64,000 nucleotides of DNA, taken from assembly GCA_030523425.1 (NCBI GenBank), contig JAUNIP010000003.1:11245-75244 (forward strand), given 5' to 3'. The notes under the pieces are model-generated. The model had not been told where the DNA came from. It ran no database searches and saw only the letters and a program-made list of their open reading frames with translations. The stretch's first letter is position 1. Each line of letters starts with the position of its first letter. This document shows positions 31,298 through 40,948 of this stretch, one piece after another. The position numbers and the translations under genes are program-made. This DNA is from Coriobacteriia bacterium (GTDB taxonomy: Bacteria > Actinomycetota > Coriobacteriia > Coriobacteriales > Eggerthellaceae).

Positions 31298-34200
31298 CTA
31301 CAGCCGGTTGATGTCGGTTAGGTGGAAGCGGGGGATGCGGGCCAGGGCAATCATGGACATGGCGGCCGCCAACCCTGCGCACAGCACGCTTCCCAGCACG
31401 CACGAAAGCGGGCTTATGTGTTGCGGCATGGCCAAGGTGGCGTTGCACAGCGAATGCATGTAAGCCACGCCCATAACAGATCCCAGCACGCAGCCCAACA
31501 GCAAGCCGATGATGGTCAGCACAATGGTGTCTTGGTAGATGTAGCGCTTGGCGGCGCGCGTGGAATAGCCGTTGATCATCAGCACAATCAGTTCGCGCTT
31601 CTTTTCGTTGACGAACATGAAGTTCAAGTTCAGCAGCACAAAGATGGCCATGGTGATGGAAAGCATCACATAAATGAGCACTACAGTCAGCGCCAGGGTG
31701 TTGATAATCTGGATGTTGTCTTCGAAGTTCTGCTTGGCGTTGGTGCAGCTAAGATAGTCGGATCCGGTGGCGGCTTGGGCGCTGCCTGCTTGGAAGCCCA
31801 GCCCGTTGGTGCTGACCAGCACGGTTTCATAGGTCAGGCCCGAAGATATGTGTTCCTTGTAGGCTTCGGGCGTCAGCACTACCAGGTTGGTGTCGCTCAC
31901 CAGCTGGAAGATGCCCGCGATGGGCACGGTGCTAGGTTGCCCAGAAAGCGAAGTCAGCTTGATTTCGTCGCCCACCTTCAGGTTGTAGAATTGCGCGAAG
32001 GCTTGACTCACCCAGGCACCCTCAAGCGTTTCAACCTGGTTGCCGTCGCTGAGATTGCGCAGGTTTACCAGGCTTTTCATGCTGTCGTAGTCTTCGGGGA
32101 CAATCACGTTTATCGTAGTGGTGTTTCCGTTGGGGTGCGAAAGCATGTAAACGTCATTATGCACCAGCGCGTTGGTCAAGCCGGCTTGGTCAAGCTGGGA
32201 CTGCACGCTGCCTGCCGCCGCCGGCTTGGCGGCTTCTTCTTCGGTTTGCGCCGTTATGCCTACCGACATATCGTAGTGAATGGTTTTTTCGTATTCGGCG
32301 GGGGTGCGAAGGGAAATGTTGTCGTACATGGTGAACGCCGAAACCACCAGCGCCGCGCAGCCCATCACGCCAATCAGGGTGCCTATCACGCGCCACTTGT
32401 CGTTGATGCAGTTGTTGATGATGGTTTGGCTGAGCAGCCCCATGCGTTTCCAAGCGCCCGTGCGTTCGTAGAAATGCTGCTTGCGCTTGGAAACGTCTTC
32501 GCCGCGCAGCAGGTCGGTGGCGTTGCGGCGGGTTACAGCGAAGCAGGCTGCCCACGCTGCCGCCAAGATAAGCACCAGCTCTATGGCCGAAATAAGCAGG
32601 AAGTCAGGCAGCTGGAACACAGGGGCGGGGTCGGGCAGCAGGAAACGGTTACACTTGGGGATGATGATCATTTCAACCACGCCCATGGCTATGGGTATGG
32701 CCACCAAGGCGCCTACCAGCACGGCAATCAAGGAATACGCCAGGTAGGTTTGGGCAATTTCGCGCCGATGGAAGCCTAAGGCCTTTTTGGTTCCCATTTG
32801 GGTGACTTGTTCGTTCACCAGACGTGATACCACCGAATAGCACACCAGCAAGCCGATGATGATAAACAGCAACGCCATGGTGGAACGCATAGGTACCAAC
32901 GTGTTGGTCAGCTGGCGAACGAACTGGTAGGCCGTCAACCATTCGCGGTTTTGCACACTGGAGCTTACCCGCTGCATCTTGTCTAGTTGGCCTTGGGCGT
33001 CAATCAGCCGCACTTCGCCTTCAGAAGCTTGGGCGCGGGCGTCTGCCAACTGGGCTTCGCCGTCGGCAATTTGGGTTCGGGCATCCGTTAGGCGCGTTTC
33101 GCCAGCGGAAATTTGGGAGTATCCGTCCGCTAGCTGAGCTTCGCCTACAGCCATCTGGGCGTAACCGTCTTCCAGCTGCGCTTCGCCTTCAGCAATTTGT
33201 GCCCATGCGTCGGCCAGTTTGGCTTCGGCTTCAGCCAGTTTGGCGCGGGCTTCCCCTTCGATCTGGCGCGCCTGGGCGACCGCTTCTTCCTTTTCGGGCA
33301 GGTTTGCCACCACTTCTGCTAACAGCTGTTGGGCGTTGTCCAAGATGGATTCTTCGTCACCTAGCTGGGCAAGGTGTTCCTGCAGCTGGGCCTGCACGGC
33401 CGCTAGCTGCGCCTGTGCTTCTTCCAGCTGCTCGGCTGTGTCTGGCAGGCCTTGCTCCAGATTGGCTATGAGCACTTCCAGGGCGGCTTGCTGCTGTTCT
33501 TCGTTGGCTATGGAATCCTTCAGCGTTTGTATGGTTGCTTCGGCGGTGGCAATTTGGGCCTGCAGGTCTTGCTCAGATGCCTGCGCGTTGGCAAGGTCAG
33601 CTTCCAATTGGGCCAAGTAGGCCTCAGCTTCGGGAATCATGGCATATATTTGATCAAGCTGGCTTTGCCCGGCGGAAGCTTCTTGCCGGGCTGCATCCAG
33701 CCGCGCTTCGCCTTGGACGGCTTGGATCCGGGCATCGGCCAGCTGCGCTTCGCCTTGGGCGGCTTGGATCCGGGCATCCGCCAGCTGCGCCTCGCCGGAT
33801 GCCATTTGGGCCTTGCCGTCCTCCAGTTCGGCTTCCTTGGCGGCAATCTTGGCCTTGCCGTCCTCCAGTTCGGCCTTCTTGCGGTCGATTTCGGCCTGGG
33901 CGTCGGTCTTGATGGCGTCGTAGCGCTTCGTGCCCAGCGTTTCGGCCAAGGTGGTCAGGCGCCCTTCGATGTCGGCTGAAGCCTGCGCATAGCCAGTTTC
34001 GTAGGCGGGCAGGCTATTCAGCGCATCGCAGGACACCAGCAGGCTGGTGAAGCCGTTGTGAAAGGCCGCAGCATCGAAGCTTTCCACGGGCAGCCACAGC
34101 ACCAATTGCACGGTGCTGCACAGGTACGCCGGGCTGGTGACCAGCGCGGTAATGGTGAACGTGCGCTGGGTCAGGCGATCCATGCCGTCGGGGTCGTCCG

Positions 34201-34669
34201 GGTTGGTGGCGTCGGCTTCAAACACGATGGTGTCGCCCACTGCAAGGTTTTGGGCCTGCGCGAAAGAAACATTCATGGCCAGTTCGTTGGCCTTGGTGGG
34301 AAGCGTGCCTTCTACCACCTGCAGCTGGTCAAGCCGCTGGGGCAGCGAACGCAGTATGGCAGTTTGCTTTTCGCCGGCAAAGGAGGCTTTGGCGGTGTCC
34401 AGGTAGGTGCCTTCCACATAGGTTACCCCGTCCTCGCGGGAAATCTGCTGAATGTCTTCGCTGGTCAGGCCATACGGATATACAATTTCGAAGTGGTGCA
34501 GATTTTGCGCTTGGAAGAAATCTTCGCTGGTGTTCTTCGACGCCTTCAGTGTCCAGTCCATGCCATTCCACAGGCCAATGCCTAAGGCTACAAACAGCAC
34601 AATGGCCACAAACGACACCAAGGTGGTGCGGATGTTGCGAAAAACCTCTATGAGCTGAGTGGGTTTCAC
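31298..34669 (-). CDS. Giant FtsX/MacB-type ABC permease with a ~400-aa coiled-coil repeat insert
   Basis: 1123 aa. N-terminal TM plus extracytoplasmic domain. Long region of (E/D)GxAQLxD-type heptad-like repeats (AQLADARIQAAQGEAQLADARIQAVQGEARL..., LEDGYAQMAVGEAQLADGYSQISAGETRLTDARTQIADGEAQLADARAQ). Two FtsX-type 4-TM bundles. Confidence 0.8.
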   Translation of the reverse strand: MKPTQLIEVFRNIRTTLVSFVAIVLFVALGIGLWNGMDWTLKASKNTSEDFFQAQNLHHFEIVYPYGLTSEDIQQISREDGVTYVEGTYLDTAKASFAGEKQTAILRSLPQRLDQLQVVEGTLPTKANELAMNVSFAQAQNLAVGDTIVFEADATNPDDPDGMDRLTQRTFTITALVTSPAYLCSTVQLVLWLPVESFDAAAFHNGFTSLLVSCDALNSLPAYETGYAQASADIEGRLTTLAETLGTKRYDAIKTDAQAEIDRKKAELEDGKAKIAAKEAELEDGKAQMASGEAQLADARIQAAQGEAQLADARIQAVQGEARLDAARQEASAGQSQLDQIYAMIPEAEAYLAQLEADLANAQASEQDLQAQIATAEATIQTLKDSIANEEQQQAALEVLIANLEQGLPDTAEQLEEAQAQLAAVQAQLQEHLAQLGDEESILDNAQQLLAEVVANLPEKEEAVAQARQIEGEARAKLAEAEAKLADAWAQIAEGEAQLEDGYAQMAVGEAQLADGYSQISAGETRLTDARTQIADGEAQLADARAQASEGEVRLIDAQGQLDKMQRVSSSVQNREWLTAYQFVRQLTNTLVPMRSTMALLFIIIGLLVCYSVVSRLVNEQVTQMGTKKALGFHRREIAQTYLAYSLIAVLVGALVAIPIAMGVVEMIIIPKCNRFLLPDPAPVFQLPDFLLISAIELVLILAAAWAACFAVTRRNATDLLRGEDVSKRKQHFYERTGAWKRMGLLSQTIINNCINDKWRVIGTLIGVMGCAALVVSAFTMYDNISLRTPAEYEKTIHYDMSVGITAQTEEEAAKPAAAGSVQSQLDQAGLTNALVHNDVYMLSHPNGNTTTINVIVPEDYDSMKSLVNLRNLSDGNQVETLEGAWVSQAFAQFYNLKVGDEIKLTSLSGQPSTVPIAGIFQLVSDTNLVVLTPEAYKEHISSGLTYETVLVSTNGLGFQAGSAQAATGSDYLSCTNAKQNFEDNIQIINTLALTVVLIYVMLSITMAIFVLLNLNFMFVNEKKRELIVLMINGYSTRAAKRYIYQDTIVLTIIGLLLGCVLGSVMGVAYMHSLCNATLAMPQHISPLSCVLGSVLCAGLAAAMSMIALARIPRFHLTDINRL
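33703..33892. repeat. In-frame 42-bp tandem repeats within the FtsX coiled-coil region
   Basis: 33703-33744 and 33745-33786 differ at 2 of 42 positions, and a partial third unit follows. 33809-33850 and 33851-33892 share their first 25 nt. The units encode 14-aa repeats. Confidence 0.85.
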
Positions 34670-34679
34670 GGGCGCTTCC

Positions 34680-35897
34680 TTACCACACCAAGTCGGTGGC
34701 CTTTGCCGGGCGGCGATTCACCGTTATTTCGTGCGTGTAGCCGTTGCGCAGGCGCACCACGCGGTCGGCCATGCGGGTTATCTCTTCGTTGTGCGTGACC
34801 ATCACCATGGTGGTGCCTTGCTTTGCTATGACGTTTTCAAGCACCTGCAGCACTTCTATGCTGGTGGCGTAGTCCAGCGCCGCGGTGGGTTCGTCGGCGA
34901 ACAGGATTTTCGGCTTCTTCACCAGCGCACGGGCAATAGAAACGCGCTGCTGTTGGCCGCCGGAAAGTTGGCTGGGGTAGTTGTGGGCCTTATCTTGCAG
35001 TCCCACCAACGCCAAGGCCTCCATGCAGTCCATGGGGTCGTCCACCAGTTCGGCTATCAGGCGCAGGTTCTGCAGCGTGGTCAAGTTGGGCATTAGGTTG
35101 TAGCTTTGGAAGATGAACCCGGTGTTTTCGCGTCGGTAGTTGGTCAGTTCGTGCTGCGAAGCGTGGCTCATGTCGGTTTCGCGGAAGAAGAACTGCCCTT
35201 CGGTGGCCTGGTCAAGCCCGCCTATGATGTTGAGCAGGGTGGATTTCCCGCAGCCGCTTTCGCCCAAAAGCGTTAAGAACTCGCCTTCGTATACGTTTAG
35301 GTTTACGCCTTTCACCACGCGGGTGATGGTGTCGCCGTTTTGGAATTCGCGGATGATGCCGTGCGCTTCCAAAATGGTGTTTCCCGGTTGGGGGACGGGC
35401 ACCAAGTCGTCGCGTTCGGAAAGGGCCATGCCGGCGGAAAGCGCCATGATTTCAAAGACGTCAGCGTCTTCTTCGGTCCACGGGGCGCCGTCGGTTCGGT
35501 TTATGAACTGGATGCAGCCCAAGTCGTCGGTGGGCGAAGAAAGCGGCACGCAGATGAGCGATTTCACCTGCACGGTGGTGAAGTCGCGCTGTACTGTTGG
35601 GTCCATTTCCGGGCGGAAGTCAAAGGCGCGCACGGCTTCTTGGGTGGTGAACACCCGGCCCACAATGCCTTCGTCGACCGTGTGCGAGCAGCTGGTCAGA
35701 TCGTCTGGCCCCAGCCAAAACAGGGGGTGCAAACGCCCGCCTTCTTGGTCGTGATACCACAGCACTATCGCTTCAGCCTGGGCCTTGCTTTCAATCAGGC
35801 GCAGGCATTCCTGCAAGGCGTCTTCTAAGCATTCCGCCTTGCGAATGAGCGACTGAACTTCGCCGATAAGCTGGTAATAGCGCATAACGTTTGACAT
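34680..35897 (-). CDS. GAF-domain-fused ABC transporter ATP-binding protein (MacB-type ATPase)
   Basis: Start at MSNVMRYY (35897). N-terminal ~180 aa are GAF-like ([20 protein letters not shown]...GIVGRVF...LICVPL...GCIQFINR). C-terminal Walker [10 protein letters not shown], signature LSGGQQQRV, Walker B ILFADEPT. Confidence 0.8.
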   Translation of the reverse strand: MSNVMRYYQLIGEVQSLIRKAECLEDALQECLRLIESKAQAEAIVLWYHDQEGGRLHPLFWLGPDDLTSCSHTVDEGIVGRVFTTQEAVRAFDFRPEMDPTVQRDFTTVQVKSLICVPLSSPTDDLGCIQFINRTDGAPWTEEDADVFEIMALSAGMALSERDDLVPVPQPGNTILEAHGIIREFQNGDTITRVVKGVNLNVYEGEFLTLLGESGCGKSTLLNIIGGLDQATEGQFFFRETDMSHASQHELTNYRRENTGFIFQSYNLMPNLTTLQNLRLIAELVDDPMDCMEALALVGLQDKAHNYPSQLSGGQQQRVSIARALVKKPKILFADEPTAALDYATSIEVLQVLENVIAKQGTTMVMVTHNEEITRMADRVVRLRNGYTHEITVNRRPAKATDLVW

Positions 35898-36104
35898 ATT
35901 GACCCCTTTGGTCACGCCGTCTTCGTGCACATTATACAGGGCTTGAACGCCAGGGCGCCCTTGTTCGCAAAATGAGCAGCCGTTCGTATTTGGAGCCGCT
36001 TCGTTTTTGCGCGCGACATGCGCGTGACGGTGGGTATTCTTGTTATCATGGACAGGTGCGTTAGCGTGTTGCGCTGGCGCAGAAAAGGTTTGAAGGAGAA
36101 TGCC

Positions 36105-37691
36105 GTGCCGTCTGAAAACCGCACAACGTCATCGACCGTCGCTTCGCCTGTGTCTGTGTGGATGCGCCTGTTAAATGTGGGTCCTGGCTCTGGGAAGACG
36201 TCGAAGGTTGCCATGGTGGTGGGAATGGCCGTCATGGTCTTGTGCGTGGTTGTGGGTACAGTGTTAACCCTTGCTTTTTTGGACAGCCCAGACGATCCGT
36301 ATGTCTTATTGACTATGGGCTTGGACTTGTTTGGCATGTTCATTTGCGTGGCGCTGTTTGCCGGTGCGCTTATGGACCAAGCCAATTTGCTGGCGAATGG
36401 CAAATGGTTTTTGGCGCTGATGGTATGCACCTGCACGGTGCTGCTGTTCGACTTAGGCGCCTGGGTTTTTGATGAATCCGCCACGTTTCGGGATTTGAAC
36501 ATTGCCGCAAACACCTTGCTGTTCTTGGGCGGTATCTCAGTTTCGTTTTTATGTTGGCACTTCGCGGTTGAATCGCTGGAGATGAAGCTGACCGACGTGC
36601 TTGTCCCCACGATGGCGCTTGATCTTTTGGCGCTGGTGGAGGTTATCCTCATCCTGGCGAACGTGGCCACAGGCGCGTTTTTCACGGTAGACGCGAATGG
36701 CACGTATGAGCATGGGCCGCTGTATTTCTTGATTGTGTTGTATGCGCTTATCATTTTTGTGGCCATAGTTGTGCTGGCGGTGAAAGCGAACGCATCGCTA
36801 AAGCGCAAGGTGTCGCTGATAGCCTACTTTGCCGTGCCCAGCTTTTTGGCGATTGCCACGTATTCGGCAGAGACGCTTTCGATTGTGTACTCGTCGCTCA
36901 CCATTTCGCTCCTCGTTATTTTTTGCGGCATTTTTGCCGACAGAGGCCGCGAATCGCACCAGGCGGAAGCGGACATGCAGTTTGCAGCCACCATTCAGGA
37001 TTCGGCGTTGAGCAAGCGCTTTCCGCAAGATCCGCGCTTCAGCCTGTTTGCCAGCATGCACCCGGCGCGCGACGTGGGCGGCGACTTCTATGACTTTTTC
37101 ATGGTGGACGACGACACGTTGGCGGTGGTGATGGCCGATGTGTCTGGCAAAGGCACGCCTGCTGCCTTGTTTATGATGCAAGCCAAAAGCCTGCTGCGCA
37201 GCTATGTGGAAGGCGGTCGCAACTTGGGCGATGCGATTACCGCGGTGAACAACCGGCTGTGCGACGGGAACGAAATGAGCATGTTCGTGACGGCGTGGGT
37301 GGGGCTTATCAACGTGTGCACGGGTGAGGTGACCTATGTGAATGCCGGCCACACGCCGCCGGCGGTGTGCCCCGCAGGCGGAAGCTTTGAAGTGCGCAAG
37401 ACCCCGGCCAGCTTGGTGCTAGGCGGCATGGAAGACATTCCGTATAGGGAGTGCACGTTGCAGCTGCAGGCGGGTGATACGCTGTATCTGTACACCGACG
37501 GCGTGCCTGAAGCAGCCGACAAGCAGGGCAAGCGCTACGAAAACGACAGCATGTTAGCGGCGCTGAACAGCAGTGCCGACCGCGCGAATCCGCAGGCGGT
37601 GTGCGAAGCGGTACATGCCGATGTGATGGCCTACATGAGTGGTGCCGATCAGTTCGACGACGTGACCATGCTGTGCGTGCACCTTAGCTAG
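36105..37691 (+). CDS. Membrane-anchored PP2C/SpoIIE-family serine phosphatase (RsbU-like)
   Basis: Preferred GTG start at 36105 after AAGGAG; the ORF is open from 36018. About 8 TM segments, then the SpoIIE-type core ARDVGGDFYDFF...VVMADVSGKGTPAALFM...TAWVG...NAGH...LYTDGV...FDDVT. Confidence 0.8.
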   Translation: MPSENRTTSSTVASPVSVWMRLLNVGPGSGKTSKVAMVVGMAVMVLCVVVGTVLTLAFLDSPDDPYVLLTMGLDLFGMFICVALFAGALMDQANLLANGKWFLALMVCTCTVLLFDLGAWVFDESATFRDLNIAANTLLFLGGISVSFLCWHFAVESLEMKLTDVLVPTMALDLLALVEVILILANVATGAFFTVDANGTYEHGPLYFLIVLYALIIFVAIVVLAVKANASLKRKVSLIAYFAVPSFLAIATYSAETLSIVYSSLTISLLVIFCGIFADRGRESHQAEADMQFAATIQDSALSKRFPQDPRFSLFASMHPARDVGGDFYDFFMVDDDTLAVVMADVSGKGTPAALFMMQAKSLLRSYVEGGRNLGDAITAVNNRLCDGNEMSMFVTAWVGLINVCTGEVTYVNAGHTPPAVCPAGGSFEVRKTPASLVLGGMEDIPYRECTLQLQAGDTLYLYTDGVPEAADKQGKRYENDSMLAALNSSADRANPQAVCEAVHADVMAYMSGADQFDDVTMLCVHLS

Positions 37692-37706
37692 CAGGGGTTG
37701 CGCGCG

Positions 37707-38006
37707 TTACCGGATGGTCAGGATGCCGGAAAAGCCGGATACTTCGAAGACTTCCATGACGGCTTCGTTGACGTTGTACAAGGTCATAGTGCCTTTTTTG
37801 CTGATGGCCTTCTGCGTTTTCAGAAGCACGCGCAAGCCGGCGCTGGAAACGTATTCCACGCCCGAAAAATCCAGCTGCAATTCGGTGATGCCGTCTAATG
37901 TGCCTATGGCGGCTTCAAATTGCGGCGCGGTGGCGGTGTCTATTTCGCCTTGGGGGGCAAGGGTCAAACGCGGTTTGTCTTCGGTTACCGTGATGTCTAA
38001 AGCCAT
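37707..38006 (-). CDS. STAS-domain anti-sigma-factor antagonist (SpoIIAA/RsbV-like)
   Basis: 99 aa. LDFSGVEYVSSAGLRVLL contains the conserved phosphorylatable Ser context (SSAGL). Confidence 0.85.
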   Translation of the reverse strand: MALDITVTEDKPRLTLAPQGEIDTATAPQFEAAIGTLDGITELQLDFSGVEYVSSAGLRVLLKTQKAISKKGTMTLYNVNEAVMEVFEVSGFSGILTIR

Positions 38007-38087
38007 GGCTGCTTCCTTTTCGTTGATACGAAAGTATTCACTCTAGGGTACCATAGCCGTAAGCAAAACTTCGTTGGAGGAGCTGTT

Positions 38088-38510
38088 ATGGGCAGCGAGC
38101 TTTCTGTTCTTGCCACGGTCGAAAACATTGAAACGGTCACCGATTTCGTCAATGCGCAGCTAGAGGCCAACCAATGCCCTGCGAAGACCATTGCGCACAT
38201 AGATGTGGCCATCGACGAGCTGTTCGGCAACATAGCGCGGTATGCCTACCACCCCGAAGAAGGGCCCGCCACGGTGAGGGCGGAAGTGCTTGACGGGGAA
38301 AACCAGGGCAGCCTTCAAGTGATAATCACCTTCACTGACCAGGGCGTTCCTTACAACCCGCTAACGGGGGAAGACCCTGACATAGCGCTTTCTGCTGAAG
38401 AGCGCGAAGTGGGCGGTTTGGGTGTGTTCTTGAGCAAGCAACTGATGGACGATCTGTCCTACGAATTCCGCGACGGCAGCAACATCCTGACCGTAAAGAA
38501 AAGCTGGTAG
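38088..38510 (+). CDS. Anti-sigma regulatory factor-type Ser kinase (RsbW/SpoIIAB-like HATPase)
   Basis: 140 aa. IDVAIDELFGNIARYAY (N-box-like) and GGLGVFL (G-box-like). Divergent from the STAS gene. Confidence 0.8.
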   Translation: MGSELSVLATVENIETVTDFVNAQLEANQCPAKTIAHIDVAIDELFGNIARYAYHPEEGPATVRAEVLDGENQGSLQVIITFTDQGVPYNPLTGEDPDIALSAEEREVGGLGVFLSKQLMDDLSYEFRDGSNILTVKKSW

Positions 38511-38537
38511 CGCGAAGCGCCCTGGCCGCACCTGCTG

Positions 38538-39425
38538 CTATTCTGCAAACATTTCTTCCAGGATACCGGCGAACTCTTCTATCAGGGGGTTCGTACGGTC
38601 TTTGGGCCAAAAGGCGTAGTACTTGCTGGCGGAGTGCCCTTCATCGTCTACCAGGGGGATGCGCCTGATCACCGAACCGGTGCGCGCTTCTTCGTGCTGG
38701 CTTTCCACGGGCATCCAGCCACGATTGCTGGCCACCATCATGCGGCCTTCGTCGGCGCTGTTGGCGAACAAGAATTCCCCGGGGAAGTTCAGCACGTCGC
38801 GCCACCAGGCAATTTCTGCGGGGCGCTGGTCGGGCTGGCACACCAATATGCACGGCGCGCCTGCCAGCTGCTGGCAGGTGACTTCGCTGCTCCAGGCCAC
38901 AGTGCTGGCTTCGGACACTTCGGCGTAACGATAGCCAGTCATAAGGTAGCGATTTTCCCATTCGGGCGAAAGCGCGCGGCGCACATCGTTGAAGGCCAGG
39001 TGAATGCGCCCTTCCAAGATGCCGTGATACAGCTGGTCGTGGGTTCCTGCTTCGGTGATCACTTCGCAGCCGGGGTGGCGTCGGGCAAAGGCGGCCACAG
39101 CGCCGGCCACTTCCCAGCCAACGTATCTGTTCAGGTAGCCCACCACCAGCGTACGGGGCTTGCCGTTGGCGGCGTCTATCACTTCGGCTTCCAGATCGGC
39201 CAAGGCGGCCAGCACGGTTTGCCCCTTGCGCGCCAACAGGCTGCCTGCGGGGGTGGGTTCGAAGTGGCGTCCTTTGCGGGTTAGCAGCTGCACGCCCAGC
39301 TGGGCTTCCAACGCCTTCACCTGCTGGGAAATGGCAGACTGCGAAAGAAAGGCCTTTTCAGCAGCTTGCGTGAAGCTGCCCAGGCGCACCACGTCGCAGA
39401 AGTATTGCAGTTGCTTGCTGTCCAT
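38538..39425 (-). CDS. LysR-family transcriptional regulator
   Basis: MDSKQLQYFCDVVRLGSFTQAAEKAFLSQSAISQQVKALEAQLGVQLLTR, the canonical LysR HTH. Divergent from the flavodoxin/SDR/AKR cluster. Confidence 0.9.
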   Translation of the reverse strand: MDSKQLQYFCDVVRLGSFTQAAEKAFLSQSAISQQVKALEAQLGVQLLTRKGRHFEPTPAGSLLARKGQTVLAALADLEAEVIDAANGKPRTLVVGYLNRYVGWEVAGAVAAFARRHPGCEVITEAGTHDQLYHGILEGRIHLAFNDVRRALSPEWENRYLMTGYRYAEVSEASTVAWSSEVTCQQLAGAPCILVCQPDQRPAEIAWWRDVLNFPGEFLFANSADEGRMMVASNRGWMPVESQHEEARTGSVIRRIPLVDDEGHSASKYYAFWPKDRTNPLIEEFAGILEEMFAE

Positions 39426-39569
39426 GCGGGTCCTTTCGCCTGTTGGTGAGTTCTTTAAATAAGTATAACTAATATAAACGTAAGGAATTTGAATTGTTTA
39501 ATCATTTTTACTAACTCAAAATAACAGTATAGAAGCATGAAGAAGGCGCAACGCACGAAAGGAGTACGC

Positions 39570-40085
39570 GTGGCAAACCTGATTGTGTATTACAGCCGCA
39601 AAGGGCAAAACTACTGGGGCGGCGCGGTGAAGGACCTGCCGAGGGGCAACACCGAAGTGGTGGCGGAATTCGTCCAGGCAGCCGTGGGCGGCGAACTGTT
39701 CGAAATCGAAACCGTGAAGGATTACCCGGCCGACTACTACCAGTGTACCGACGAAGCCAAGGCCGAAAGAGACGCCAATGCGCGCCCTGCCGTGAAGGCC
39801 GTCCCTGAAACCGCAGGCTACGACACCATTTTCGTGGGCTTTCCCAATTGGTGGGGCACGCTTCCCATGTGCCTGTTCACAGCGCTTGAAGCCATGGACC
39901 TGACGGGCAAGCGCGTGTGCCCCTTCTGTACCAACGAAGGTAGCGGCATGGGCACGTCCGAGCAAGACCTGGCGCGCCTGTGCGAAGCTGCGGGCGCAAC
40001 GTTGCTGCCCGGCTTGCCCATCACCGGCAATCGTGCGGCAAAGTGCGAATGTGAAGTGGCCGCTTGGGCCCAGAAACTGGTTTAG
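39570..40085 (+). CDS. Flavodoxin-like protein
   Basis: GTG at 39570 after AAAGGAG. ANLIVYYSRKGQNYWGG..., YDTIFVGFPNWWGTLPM and VCPFCTNEGSGMG, the same family pattern as 12450..12917. Confidence 0.75.
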   Translation: MANLIVYYSRKGQNYWGGAVKDLPRGNTEVVAEFVQAAVGGELFEIETVKDYPADYYQCTDEAKAERDANARPAVKAVPETAGYDTIFVGFPNWWGTLPMCLFTALEAMDLTGKRVCPFCTNEGSGMGTSEQDLARLCEAAGATLLPGLPITGNRAAKCECEVAAWAQKLV

Positions 40086-40106
40086 CGAACGCGAAAGGAA
40101 AACACC

Positions 40107-40946
40107 ATGAGCAAGGAAGTAATACTGTGGATGGGCGCCGGCCAGATTGGCATGGCCATTGCGCGGCGCATCGGGTATGGCAAAAAGATGGTGGTTGGCG
40201 ACATTCGCCTGGAAAACGCGCAGGCCATAGCCAAGATCATGAACAACGCCGGCTTCGACGCGGAACCGTTTGAGGCCGATCTTTCCAGCCGTGAAAGCAT
40301 CCAGGCCCTGATTGCCCGCTGCCAGGAACTGGGCGAACTGAAATATCTGATAAACGCTGCCGGCGTAAGCCCCAGCCAGGCGCCGGTGGAAACCATTCTG
40401 AAGGTGGACCTGTATGGCACCGCCGTGCTGCTGGAAGAAGTGGGTCGCGTGATTGCCCCCGGCGGTGCGGGCGTGACCATTTCCAGCCAAAGCGGCAAGC
40501 GCATGCCGCAGCTTACGCCCGCCGAAGACGAGCAGTTGGCCTGCACGCCCTGTGACGAACTGCTAGACCTGCCGCTTTTGCAGCCGGAAAACGTGCGGGA
40601 CACCCTGCATGCCTACCAGCTTGCTAAGCGCTGCAACGAAAAGCGCGTGATGATGGAAAGCGTGCGGTGGGGCGTTCGCGGGGCGCGCATCAACTCCATC
40701 AGCCCGGGCATCATCGTGACGCCCTTGGCCATCGACGAATTCAACGGCCCGCGGGGTGATTTCTATAAGAACATGTTCGCGAAATGTCCGGCAGGGCGCC
40801 CGGGCACGGCCGATGAAGTGGGCGCGCTGGCGGAATTGGTGATGGGTCCACAAGGCGCCTTCATCACCGGCAGCGACTTCCTAATTGACGGCGGCGCTAC
40901 TGCCAGCTACTACTATGGGTCCTTAAAGCCCCAGGAACAGGAGTAA
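40107..40946 (+). CDS. SDR-family oxidoreductase
   Basis: Gly-rich dinucleotide motif WMGAGQIGMAIA, NAAG, catalytic YQLAK, and PGIIVTP after the active site. Confidence 0.85.
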   Translation: MSKEVILWMGAGQIGMAIARRIGYGKKMVVGDIRLENAQAIAKIMNNAGFDAEPFEADLSSRESIQALIARCQELGELKYLINAAGVSPSQAPVETILKVDLYGTAVLLEEVGRVIAPGGAGVTISSQSGKRMPQLTPAEDEQLACTPCDELLDLPLLQPENVRDTLHAYQLAKRCNEKRVMMESVRWGVRGARINSISPGIIVTPLAIDEFNGPRGDFYKNMFAKCPAGRPGTADEVGALAELVMGPQGAFITGSDFLIDGGATASYYYGSLKPQEQE

Positions 40947-40948
40947 TC

